A stretch of DNA of 64,000 nucleotides from Promethearchaeota archaeon. Lineage in GTDB: Archaea > Asgardarchaeota > Lokiarchaeia > Sigyniarchaeales > SOKP01. Position numbers and translations under genes: made by a program. The stretch covers positions 1,132,943 to 1,196,942 of the forward strand of contig JAHPZA010000006.1 of NCBI GenBank assembly GCA_019058445.1, in the 5' to 3' direction. The notes under the pieces were generated by a model. It was not told the origin of the DNA, made no database searches, and was given only the letters and a program-made list of their open reading frames with translations. Of this stretch, positions 7,166-16,038 are shown piece after piece (position 1 is the first letter of the stretch; every line of letters starts with the position of its first letter).

Positions 7166-9943
7166 TTAAGCTATAACAATAGCGGGACGTCCTGGTAGTG
7201 CTTGACTTGCTTTTTTTTCTTGCGAATTATTTTCATCTACTACTTCGATATCACATTGATATTTTTTGTTGAGGATTGGTTTTATTTCTTGAAAGAATTG
7301 TAATTCTTCTTCGGGAGAGAGTGATAATTTAGAATATTTACCAACATTTTTCAGAATTTTAGCCGTAATTTGACTAATGTTTTTACCATGAGGTTTAAGA
7401 TCACTCTCTTTCATGATTTTTTTCATAATATCTCCTTGATTTCTAGTCTCGTCGAGTAGTGACATTAAAATACTGTAGAATTTAAACTTCCACTTATCTG
7501 CGATGATTATCGAGATCTTCTCCAGGGTTTCTTTCTTCATTACTAATTTGATATTATTCACATCATCAACGATATTGTTCATAAGTTTCCATTTGAAATC
7601 ACTTTCTTCAGTAAGAAGTTTTTCGTCATAGGAGGGCCATGCTGCCAAACTAGCATACTCTTTTTTGCCAATTCTCTCCCAAATTTCTTCAGTCATGTGT
7701 GGAGCAATTGGATGGAGGAGAAGCGTAAGTTTTTCCTGACATTCTTCAAAAGTGGTTTTAATTACTCCCTCATTTTTATATTTATTCAGATCAGCTGTAA
7801 ACTGAATAATATTATTCACGGCATCCCTAATTGCTATTTTTTCAAGACTTTCAGTGACAAGTTTTATGGTTTTATTTAAATTGTAAATAACAAGTGTATC
7901 TCTTATAGTTTTCTTTTTTCTTATGCTTTCTGGAGGCTCGGTAAGTAATATAAAAGTGTTTCTTATAAATTTATATGCAAATCCTACTCCCTCTTCAGAC
8001 CATTCTAATCCAGATTCGGGGCTTGCGCCAAATAAAATAAAGAATCTTGCAGCATCTGCTCCATATTCATTCATTATTTCAATGGGATCAACAGTATTTC
8101 CGTATGATTTGCTCATCTTAACACTTTTTAACACAAATTTACTGCCACATTGTTTACATGTTTCATCATGCATTTCTGCTTTCATTGCAAAGCTATTGCA
8201 TTTAGGACAGTAAGGATGAGCCTTATTTATCATACCTTGTGTCAATAAGCGTTGAAAAGGCTCATCAGATTTATGAAGCCCGAGATCTCGAGATACCTTG
8301 GTAACAAATCGGGCATAAAGGAGATGCATGATTGCATGCTCGATACCACCAATGTATTGATCCACATTCATCCAATAATTAACTATATTCTTTCTATAAG
8401 GTAATTCATCCGTTCTCGGATCACAGAATTTGATGAAATACCAAGAACTATCAACAAATGTGTCCATCGTATCTGTTTCACGTTTTGCTGCCTTGCCGCA
8501 TTTAGGGCATTTGGTATTTACAAAACTTTTGCTAGTTTCTAAAGGATTTCCTTTTCCCGTAAATTTAACATCTTTAGGTAGCTTAACGGGTAAGTCTTTA
8601 TAAGGTACAGGTACAATCCCACATTCATCGCAATATATAATAGGGATGGGACATCCCCAGTATCGTTGACGTGAAATTAACCAATCTCTCAGTTTATAAT
8701 TAATGGTTGCTTCTCCCATGCCAATCTTTTCTAATTTTTCAGTAATAGCATTAATAGCGACTCTATTTTCCATTCCATTAAATTCTTCTGAATTGACTAA
8801 GGTACCGTCTTCTTCATAAGCACGAGTCATTTTACTTAATTTCAATTCATAATCAAATGGTTGAATAACAATTTTAATAGGGATATCATATTCTTTTGCA
8901 AATTCAAAATCTCGTTGATCATGGGCAGGGACGGCCATCACTGCACCGGCACCATACTCAAAAATGACAAAATTCCCGATATAGACGGGCACTTTTTCAT
9001 TCGTCATGGGATTAATGGCATACTTTCCAATGAACATTCCTTTTTTTTCAACTTCTATATCTGTCCTCTCAAATTTGTTTTGTTTCATAACTTCCTCGTA
9101 TAAAATTTCAAAGTCTTTTTCATATTCGGTGTCTTTAACCCATTCCCTTACCCAAGGATGTTCTGGAGCGAAAACCATAAATGTCACTCCATATAATGTA
9201 TCTGGTCGAGTAGTAAAGATGTCAATCGTCCGATCCTCATCCACAATTGGAAATCTAATAATAGATCCCTCAGAACGCCCAATCCAGTTTCGTTGCATAA
9301 TCTTAACTTTCTCTGGCCAATCTACCACATTCAATCCATCTAATAACTCTTCCGCGTAGGCTCGTATTTTTAAAAACCATTGTGTCAAAAATTTTTGCTC
9401 AACATCAGAACTGCATCGCCAGCATTTACCACCTTGTACCTGCTCATTTGCCAGAACTGTATTGCATTTATTGCACCAATTAACATACGACCCTTCTCTA
9501 TATGCTAAATCTTTTTCAAGGAATTTTAAAAACAACCATTGGTCCCATTTATAATAATCAGTATCATGGCTGTAAATCATTCGCGCCCAATCATAAGAAA
9601 GTCCAATTCGCTTTTGTTGTTTTATGATTGCATCTATATTCGAATCTGTCCATTCTTCAGGATTTTCTCCATGGTCGATGGCGGCGTTCTCTGCGGGCAT
9701 ACCGAATGAATCATACCCCATGGGATATAGTACGTTGAATCCCCGCATTCGCTTAAATCTGGCGTAACTATCGCCTATTGAATAATTTCTTAGATGACCT
9801 ATATGAAGATGAGAGCTAGGATAGGGATACATTTCAAGAACATAGAATTTTTCTTTCTTCTCTTCTTTAACCTCAAATATTTTATCTTTTTCCCATTTTT
9901 CCTGCCATTTATTTTCGATTTTTTGAAAATCATATTCAACCAT
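7166..9943 (-). CDS. leuS: Leucyl-tRNA synthetase (bacterial-type core, archaeal-type C-terminal domain)
   Basis: MYPYPSSHLHIGH (HIGH), CP1 editing FTTRPDT/GAGAVMAVPAHDQRD, ISRQRYWG, GGIEHA, KMSKS; C-terminus KASQALPGRPAIVIA. Confidence 0.98.
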   Translation of the reverse strand: MVEYDFQKIENKWQEKWEKDKIFEVKEEKKEKFYVLEMYPYPSSHLHIGHLRNYSIGDSYARFKRMRGFNVLYPMGYDSFGMPAENAAIDHGENPEEWTDSNIDAIIKQQKRIGLSYDWARMIYSHDTDYYKWDQWLFLKFLEKDLAYREGSYVNWCNKCNTVLANEQVQGGKCWRCSSDVEQKFLTQWFLKIRAYAEELLDGLNVVDWPEKVKIMQRNWIGRSEGSIIRFPIVDEDRTIDIFTTRPDTLYGVTFMVFAPEHPWVREWVKDTEYEKDFEILYEEVMKQNKFERTDIEVEKKGMFIGKYAINPMTNEKVPVYIGNFVIFEYGAGAVMAVPAHDQRDFEFAKEYDIPIKIVIQPFDYELKLSKMTRAYEEDGTLVNSEEFNGMENRVAINAITEKLEKIGMGEATINYKLRDWLISRQRYWGCPIPIIYCDECGIVPVPYKDLPVKLPKDVKFTGKGNPLETSKSFVNTKCPKCGKAAKRETDTMDTFVDSSWYFIKFCDPRTDELPYRKNIVNYWMNVDQYIGGIEHAIMHLLYARFVTKVSRDLGLHKSDEPFQRLLTQGMINKAHPYCPKCNSFAMKAEMHDETCKQCGSKFVLKSVKMSKSYGNTVDPIEIMNEYGADAARFFILFGASPESGLEWSEEGVGFAYKFIRNTFILLTEPPESIRKKKTIRDTLVIYNLNKTIKLVTESLEKIAIRDAVNNIIQFTADLNKYKNEGVIKTTFEECQEKLTLLLHPIAPHMTEEIWERIGKKEYASLAAWPSYDEKLLTEESDFKWKLMNNIVDDVNNIKLVMKKETLEKISIIIADKWKFKFYSILMSLLDETRNQGDIMKKIMKESDLKPHGKNISQITAKILKNVGKYSKLSLSPEEELQFFQEIKPILNKKYQCDIEVVDENNSQEKKASQALPGRPAIVIA

Positions 9944-10138
9944 TATAATCTAACTCACTCTTTTCAAATTTTGTAATAAAATACTTTTGTTTTGTGTTTT
10001 ATTGTTTTTATTTTTTTCACTTTCACGATTTCAAGTCAGCTGCGTAATAATCACTGACCTCTTTTTAGTATAATCTACACACGGAGCAAACAAATCCGTA
10101 GTAAGGTTTTAAAAAGAGGTTAGATTTGCTTGCTTGCT
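9944..10138 (-). promoter_or_regulatory. Structured leuS 5' leader (candidate attenuator switch)
   Basis: Complementary segment pairs: 10122-10134 with 10085-10097 (13 bp incl. 2 G-U); 10110-10123 with 10054-10067 (13/14); 10054-10060 with 10033-10039 (7 bp); 10112-10126 with 9947-9964 (15 bp plus a 3-nt bulge, over the SD-like GAGUGA). Confidence 0.75.
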
Positions 10139-10195
10139 TTATAATAATAATAATAGAACTTTGTTAAGAAATTGTAAACTTAATGAGTTCTTCAT
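10139..10195 (-). CDS. Leu-rich leader peptide MKNSLSLQFLNKVLLLLL (alternative start 10213 adds MISNNN)
   Basis: 8 of 18 codons are Leu; ends CTA TTA TTA TTA TTA TAA; lies on the same strand 195 nt upstream of the leuS ATG. Confidence 0.7.
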   Translation of the reverse strand: MKNSLSLQFLNKVLLLLL

Positions 10196-10238
10196 ATTAT
10201 TATTTGAAATCATGATTATATTCGATAAAATATTATGA

Positions 10239-10255
10239 ATTATAAATTTTTTCCT
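10239..10255 (-). promoter_or_regulatory. BRE/TATA promoter candidate for the leuS leader transcript
   Basis: Minus strand AGGAAAAAA-TTTATAAT, ending about 26 nt before ATG 10213, which would give a near-leaderless uORF. Confidence 0.55.
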
Positions 10256-10334
10256 ATTATAATCGATTTTTATGTTTATTTTATAATTTTTTGGAAAAAA
10301 GCTTTTTTTCACAGAAAAACTAATTAAAATAAGG

Positions 10335-11330
10335 ATGATTAAGAACATACGAGTTTCTATTGGAAGTGCCTCGGTATTAGGATTGGTTTCGAAACAATTT
10401 CCCATACCTCCAACAACATGTTATATAATGACATATAAAGAAGGACACTGTATAGCGAATTGTGGCTTTTGTCCTCAAGCGAGGGAATCAAGAAGTTCTA
10501 TCGAAAAACTCTCACGTATAACATGGCCAGTTTTTCCTTTTAAAGAGTTTCTCACAAAATTGACTTATATGCCCCCTTCGAAAAGATTTAAGAGAATTTG
10601 TATTCAAACTCTTAATTATAAAGAAAATTTTAAAGATTTAAGAGAAATTATTACCCAAATCAAGAACAATTCAAATATACCCATTTCTGTTGCAATTCCA
10701 CCTATATCAAAAGAGAAACTAAAGGAATTATACGTGATGGGCGTTCAAAGAGTAGGTATTGCATTAGACGGGGCGACATCAGAGATTTTTGATAAAATTA
10801 AGGGAAAAGGTGTTAAAGGACCTTATAATTGGGAACATCATATGGAATGTTTAAAATATGCCTTAGAAACCTTTCCTGAGGGATCTGTTACAACTCATGT
10901 GATTGTCGGATTAGGTGAGACTGAAAAAGACCTTCTTAAATTAATTAAAAATTTGAGGGATTTAGATATCCTCGTTTCACTATTTGCCTTCACACCTATA
11001 AAAGGTACCAGATTTGAACATCTTCCTCAACCAGAATTAATTAAATTTAGAAAAGTTCAACTAAGTCGATATCTCATATTAGTGGAAGCTAAAGAAGTTC
11101 AAGATTTTGCTTTTAACCAAGAGGGGAGTTTAGTTAACATTAATATTAGTAAGCAAAAATTAAAAAATATAATTGATGATACAGATGCGTTTTTAACTTC
11201 GGGTTGTCCCGGGTGTAATAGACCATACTATACTTCTCGTCCATCTGGTCCAATATATAATTATCCGAGAAAATTAAGCGAAAAAGAAAAAGAAGAAATT
11301 TATAAATTATTAGAAAAATATGTGATTTAA
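10335..11330 (+). CDS. lipS2: Archaeal-type lipoate synthase component LipS2 (radical SAM)
   Basis: CIANCGFC radical SAM motif; C-terminal TSGCPGCNRP signature; adjacent to a lipoate ligase. Confidence 0.85.
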   Translation: MIKNIRVSIGSASVLGLVSKQFPIPPTTCYIMTYKEGHCIANCGFCPQARESRSSIEKLSRITWPVFPFKEFLTKLTYMPPSKRFKRICIQTLNYKENFKDLREIITQIKNNSNIPISVAIPPISKEKLKELYVMGVQRVGIALDGATSEIFDKIKGKGVKGPYNWEHHMECLKYALETFPEGSVTTHVIVGLGETEKDLLKLIKNLRDLDILVSLFAFTPIKGTRFEHLPQPELIKFRKVQLSRYLILVEAKEVQDFAFNQEGSLVNINISKQKLKNIIDDTDAFLTSGCPGCNRPYYTSRPSGPIYNYPRKLSEKEKEEIYKLLEKYVI

Positions 11331-11347
11331 TAGAGTAGAGGGTTTTT

Positions 11348-12127
11348 ATGGATAAATGGCGCTTTATATCTTTGGATATCAAAAATGGTTTTTGGAATAT
11401 GGCCTTAGATGAGGCTATTTTAAACGCTGTAATTGAGAAAAGATCCCCCCATACTGTAAGATTTTATAAGTGGAAACCCTCTACAGCGAGTATTGGAAGA
11501 AATCAGAGTTTATCCACAGAAGTTGATATAGAATTTACAAAGAAAAAGGGATACAATGTTGTCCGGCGTATTACTGGGGGAGGGGCGGTGTTTCATGATA
11601 GTAATGGTGAAATTACTTATTCAATAGTATGTCCAATAAAATTTTTAGAGCGTTTTAATGCTATAAAAGTGTTAGATCAATTTGAAATAATAACCCAAGG
11701 AATAGTAACTGGTTTAAACAACTATGGTTTACAACCAAAAAAGGGAGTTATTCATTGTCCCGCCATTTTTCTTGATGGAAAAAAGTTCTCTGGAAATGCC
11801 CAGGTAAGGAAAAAAGGTTATCTACTTCAGCATGGTACAATTTTATTGGATATAGACCCAGAATTAATGTATTCTGTATTAAAAGCACCTGAAAATGTGG
11901 GAAAATCAAGGATGGTGAGATCAGTTCGTGCCAAATGTATTGGAATTAAAGATCAACTCCAAGACTATAATGAAACACAATTTTTAAAAGCTTTAAAATA
12001 CGGATTTGAAAATACTTTAGGGATTAAATTAAAGGAGGGTTATTTTTCCGATTATGAAATAGAAATGGCTAAAAGATTAGTTAAAGAAAAATATTCAAAT
12101 ATCGAATGGTTAAAAAAATATGAATAA
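11348..12127 (+). CDS. Lipoate/octanoate-protein ligase A catalytic domain
   Basis: NMALDEA, VRRITGGGAVFHD, KKFSGNAQ, LQHGTIL. Confidence 0.93.
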   Translation: MDKWRFISLDIKNGFWNMALDEAILNAVIEKRSPHTVRFYKWKPSTASIGRNQSLSTEVDIEFTKKKGYNVVRRITGGGAVFHDSNGEITYSIVCPIKFLERFNAIKVLDQFEIITQGIVTGLNNYGLQPKKGVIHCPAIFLDGKKFSGNAQVRKKGYLLQHGTILLDIDPELMYSVLKAPENVGKSRMVRSVRAKCIGIKDQLQDYNETQFLKALKYGFENTLGIKLKEGYFSDYEIEMAKRLVKEKYSNIEWLKKYE

Positions 12128-13175
12128 ATCTAAAGAATTATTGCATAAAATACAATCAAAAACAGCGTCATGGTCAGATTTTTCATCTTTTTTGACTTTA
12201 GAAGAACCAGAACTGGAACCATTTTTTCTCCATGCTCAGGAAATTACAAGACAAAATTTCAACAATATATTAAAAATTTATAATCCTACTAATAGGTTTC
12301 CTGCGATAAGTATAACCGGGAACAAATGTGCCTTAAAGTGCGAACATTGTAATGAGAAATATTTGAAAGGTATGAAGTCATTAATAACAAATAGCGATTT
12401 GGAATCCTTTTTAATGAAACACTCCAGAAATGAGGGAATTGGAGCACTTATATCAGGGGGATGTGAGCTAGATGGATCAGTCCCGTTAATTAATTATTTA
12501 GATACTATTAAAGAAGTGAAAAACAAGACAAATTTAATCATAAATACTCATACCGGATTACTTAATAAGGAAACAGCACAAAAACTAGCAGATGCTAAGG
12601 TTGATATCATTTCCTTTGATATTAACTTGGATGAGGAAATAATTGAAAATATATACCATTTAGATAAGAGTGTAAATGACTATAAACAGGCTATTGAACT
12701 CTTAAAAGAACACAAATTAAATATTGTACCTCATATTTGTATCGGTCTCTATTATGGCAAGATTCATAAAGAGTTAGAGTCAATCAGATTTATAAAAGAA
12801 TCTGACATAAATCCCTCGTTAATAGTCATAATTGCGTTAATTCCTCCAAAAAACTCGAAGGTTGAATTTGAAAGGCCTAAGGCAATAGATATCGCAAAAA
12901 TAATCGCTTTGATAAGATTTGTTTTTCCATATACGGAGATTTCATTGGGTTGTATGAGACCTAGAGGAAATATAAAAATTATGTTAGAAAAATATGCCAT
13001 TAAGTCAGGCATTACTCGAATTGAACTTCCTTCAAAAGATACATTGAAATGGTTAAAAAGATCTAATCCGGACGTCACATTTCAATTTTTTTCAGCATGT
13101 TGTGCGATTCCTTCTAACTTTGAGAATTTTGCAAAAAGTAAAGATTCAGATATTAAGAGGTATTTAAGCATTTAA
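12120..13175 (+). CDS. lipS1: Archaeal-type lipoate synthase component LipS1 (radical SAM)
   Basis: CALKCEHC motif; GCMRP and C-terminal CC signatures. Confidence 0.85.
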   Translation: MNKSKELLHKIQSKTASWSDFSSFLTLEEPELEPFFLHAQEITRQNFNNILKIYNPTNRFPAISITGNKCALKCEHCNEKYLKGMKSLITNSDLESFLMKHSRNEGIGALISGGCELDGSVPLINYLDTIKEVKNKTNLIINTHTGLLNKETAQKLADAKVDIISFDINLDEEIIENIYHLDKSVNDYKQAIELLKEHKLNIVPHICIGLYYGKIHKELESIRFIKESDINPSLIVIIALIPPKNSKVEFERPKAIDIAKIIALIRFVFPYTEISLGCMRPRGNIKIMLEKYAIKSGITRIELPSKDTLKWLKRSNPDVTFQFFSACCAIPSNFENFAKSKDSDIKRYLSI

Positions 13176-13190
13176 TCTATATCAAACAAA

Positions 13191-13634
13191 ATGATGGTAA
13201 TGGATAGTCTGGAAATAATCAAAAACAAATTTAAAAATGATAATTTTGCTAAGAATCTTGGCGTTATCGTAGATGATCTTAAGAAGGATTATGTAAAAAT
13301 GCATATGCAACTCAAGCCAGAGATTTGTAATTTTTATGGAAGACCTCATGGAGGGGCAATATATGGTCTAGCAGATGCTGCGTTTTCAGTTATTGGTAAC
13401 AATCAAAATAATATATCGGTCGCGTTAGATTGTACGATAACATATCATACTAGTCCAGATCCTGAAGAGATTCTCTATGTCGAAGGAAAATTATTAAAAC
13501 AGACTCGAAAGATTGCTACTTTTCTGTTCACGCTATATACTCTAAATAATGAAAATCAAAATCTAGTAGCTACTATGCTGAGCACATTGTATCGAACTGG
13601 AAGGCCAATTAATCCAGCATTAATTGAAGATTAA
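13191..13634 (+). CDS. PaaI-family hotdog thioesterase
   Basis: NFYGRPHGGAIYGLADAA motif. Confidence 0.9.
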   Translation: MMVMDSLEIIKNKFKNDNFAKNLGVIVDDLKKDYVKMHMQLKPEICNFYGRPHGGAIYGLADAAFSVIGNNQNNISVALDCTITYHTSPDPEEILYVEGKLLKQTRKIATFLFTLYTLNNENQNLVATMLSTLYRTGRPINPALIED

Positions 13635-13643
13635 TTTTAAGTT

Positions 13644-15056
13644 ATGCAAAATAAAATAGATTTAATCGGACTGAAGGGAATTCCTATTATTAAACCCGGA
13701 GATAACATCTCTAAAATCATTTTAGAGGCTCTCAAGTTTAATAATATTGTTTTAGAAGATGGTGATATTATAATCATTGCACAGACGATAATCTCTAAGA
13801 GTAATGGAAGAATAAAAAATTTAAAAAATATAACACCCAGTAAAAAGGCTATTGAAATGCATAACACGATAACTCCTCTTGCTAAAAGCGTGGGAATCCC
13901 AGTTAAAACTCCTGAGCTTATACAAGTAATCCTAGAGGAATCTAAAGAAATATTGAAAACTGAGCATGTGCTTATTACTGAAACGAACCATGGTTTCGTG
14001 TGCGCCAATGCCGGAATAGATCAATCAAACGTGGAAGGTGAATATAATATTACTTTGCTACCTAAAAACCCCGATCACGATGCTAATAAAATTAGACAAA
14101 CTTTGAAAAAAAAAACTAAGAAAAATGTGGCAATAATTATTTCTGATTCATTTGGCAGACCATTTAGAGTAGGCGCTGTAGGAGTTGCTTTAGGGATTTC
14201 AGGAATCAATGCAATTTTAGATAAACGCGGTTCTAAAGATTTATTTGGTCATGAACTTCAAAGTACTATTGTTGCGCAAGCAGATAATTTAGCATCTGCA
14301 GCTCAATTGATCATGGGTGAATGCGATGAAGGGCTACCAGTAGTACTAATAAGAGGCTATAAATTTAATTATCAAGAAAATACTTCAATTAAGTCCATCA
14401 TAAGAGAGAAAAGTTCAGATATATTTAGGAAAAATAAAATTGATATCCTTTCAGAAATTCTTAAAAATCGAAGAAGTTATAAGTTAAAGTTTGATTTCAG
14501 AGATGTAGATACAAAAATCATTGAGAACTGTATTGAATTAGCCAGATGGGCGCCAAGCGCCCATAATGGACAATTTTGGAGATTCGTTATTTTAGAGAAA
14601 GGAGTAATAAGAACTCATTTAATAGAGAATATGAATATTAAATTGCGCCAAGATCTCGAAAGCGACGGAAAGTCAGATGAATTTATTCAGAAAAAAATAG
14701 AAAAAACTCGAGAAAATTTCTTGGAAGCCCCTATTTTAACGCTTCTTTGCTTAGATACTGCTAATTTAGAAAAATATTCTGATCCAGAAAGGTCTAATAA
14801 TGAATATACTTTAGGAATTCAAAGTATTAGTGCTTCAGCTACATATTTCTTACTTGCCTTGCATACAATGCAATTAGCTGCGTGTTGGTATTGTGCTCCT
14901 TTATTTTCAAGGGATATTGTGAAAGAAACATTACATCTTCCGAATTCTTATGAACCAATGGCGTTTTTTACAGTGGGATATCCAATCAAAAAAATAGAAG
15001 CTCCAGCGCGCAAGAAATTGAACGATTTTATATTCAAATTGAATAATATGGGATGA
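13644..15056 (+). CDS. cofE: F420-0:gamma-glutamyl ligase fused to a nitroreductase domain (FbiB-like)
   Basis: ANAGIDQSN and DSFGRPFRVG (CofE); C-terminal NRRSYK, WAPSAHNGQFWRF (nitroreductase). Confidence 0.92.
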   Translation: MQNKIDLIGLKGIPIIKPGDNISKIILEALKFNNIVLEDGDIIIIAQTIISKSNGRIKNLKNITPSKKAIEMHNTITPLAKSVGIPVKTPELIQVILEESKEILKTEHVLITETNHGFVCANAGIDQSNVEGEYNITLLPKNPDHDANKIRQTLKKKTKKNVAIIISDSFGRPFRVGAVGVALGISGINAILDKRGSKDLFGHELQSTIVAQADNLASAAQLIMGECDEGLPVVLIRGYKFNYQENTSIKSIIREKSSDIFRKNKIDILSEILKNRRSYKLKFDFRDVDTKIIENCIELARWAPSAHNGQFWRFVILEKGVIRTHLIENMNIKLRQDLESDGKSDEFIQKKIEKTRENFLEAPILTLLCLDTANLEKYSDPERSNNEYTLGIQSISASATYFLLALHTMQLAACWYCAPLFSRDIVKETLHLPNSYEPMAFFTVGYPIKKIEAPARKKLNDFIFKLNNMG

Positions 15057-15063
15057 AAAGCTT

Positions 15064-15996
15064 ATGGCAGATGATATATATGTCGTTTTAGCAGGAGGAG
15101 TTGGTGCTGCCAAATTTCTTGAAGGCTTAGTAAAAGTTATTCCCCCAGAATTCTTAAAGATAATAGTAAATACCGGTGATGATATTGAATTATTTGGTCT
15201 AAAAATTTGTCCAGATTTAGACATAATTACGTATACGCTGGCAGAGGTTGTGGATAAAGAGAAAGGCTGGGGCTTTGTTGATGAGAGTTTTAATTGCTTG
15301 AGCATTTTAAAACAATTTTATGATTATGGATGGTTTAATTTAGGAGATAAAGATCTGGCAATCCATATTTACCGTACTGATTTGTTAAATCAGGGATTTA
15401 CAAAAGCACAAGCAACTCAGAAAATAAGCGAAAAATTAGGGGTGTTATCAGAAATTATTCCCATGTGTAATGAACCTGTAGAAACTTATATCAAAACACC
15501 AATTAGCAACATGCACTTTGAAGAATTTTATATTAAGTACCAATACCAACCAGAAATTTTAGGTATTGAGTTTAAGGGAATACAAGAGGCAAGGCCAATA
15601 AAAAAAATTTTAGACTTTATCCATAAAGCGAAAAGGATAATCATTTGTCCCTCAAATCCGATAGTATCTATAGGAACCATCCTTCAGGTGCCCAGAATAA
15701 GGGAAGCTTTAGTTAAAGAAAAAGATAAAATCTATGCGATAAGCCCCATTATACAAGGAACAACTGTGAAAGGACCAGCTGATAAATTATTAGGATGTTT
15801 AGGATTTAACGTTTCTAGTTTTGGAGTGGCTAAATATTATCAAGATTTTTTAGGTCATTTTATAATAGATAATAAGGATTGTGATTTAAAACCTAAAATT
15901 GAACAATTAAAAATTAAAACGTATTGTTATGACACTTTAATGACAAATCTCGAAAAGAAAATAAAGTTAGCACAATTTCTTATGAATTTAAATTAA
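15064..15996 (+). CDS. cofD: 2-phospho-L-lactate/PEP transferase
   Basis: LAGGVGAAKFL, NTGDD, CPDLD, GDKDLAIH, PSNPIVSIG, GPADK. Confidence 0.95.
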   Translation: MADDIYVVLAGGVGAAKFLEGLVKVIPPEFLKIIVNTGDDIELFGLKICPDLDIITYTLAEVVDKEKGWGFVDESFNCLSILKQFYDYGWFNLGDKDLAIHIYRTDLLNQGFTKAQATQKISEKLGVLSEIIPMCNEPVETYIKTPISNMHFEEFYIKYQYQPEILGIEFKGIQEARPIKKILDFIHKAKRIIICPSNPIVSIGTILQVPRIREALVKEKDKIYAISPIIQGTTVKGPADKLLGCLGFNVSSFGVAKYYQDFLGHFIIDNKDCDLKPKIEQLKIKTYCYDTLMTNLEKKIKLAQFLMNLN

Positions 15997-16038
15997 ATAA
16001 ATATTAATCTTATAAAATAAATAAAAAAATATTTATAT

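Noticed and set aside
9944-10140. T-box riboswitch upstream of leuS
   Set aside because: No T-box consensus (AAnnnGGGTGGnACCGCG) or terminator hairpin plus U-tract was seen; the uORF model fits better.
10139-10405. 88-aa ORF as a full protein
   Set aside because: Its 5' part overlaps lipS2 antisense and promoter DNA; only the last 18-24 codons are credible, as a leader peptide.
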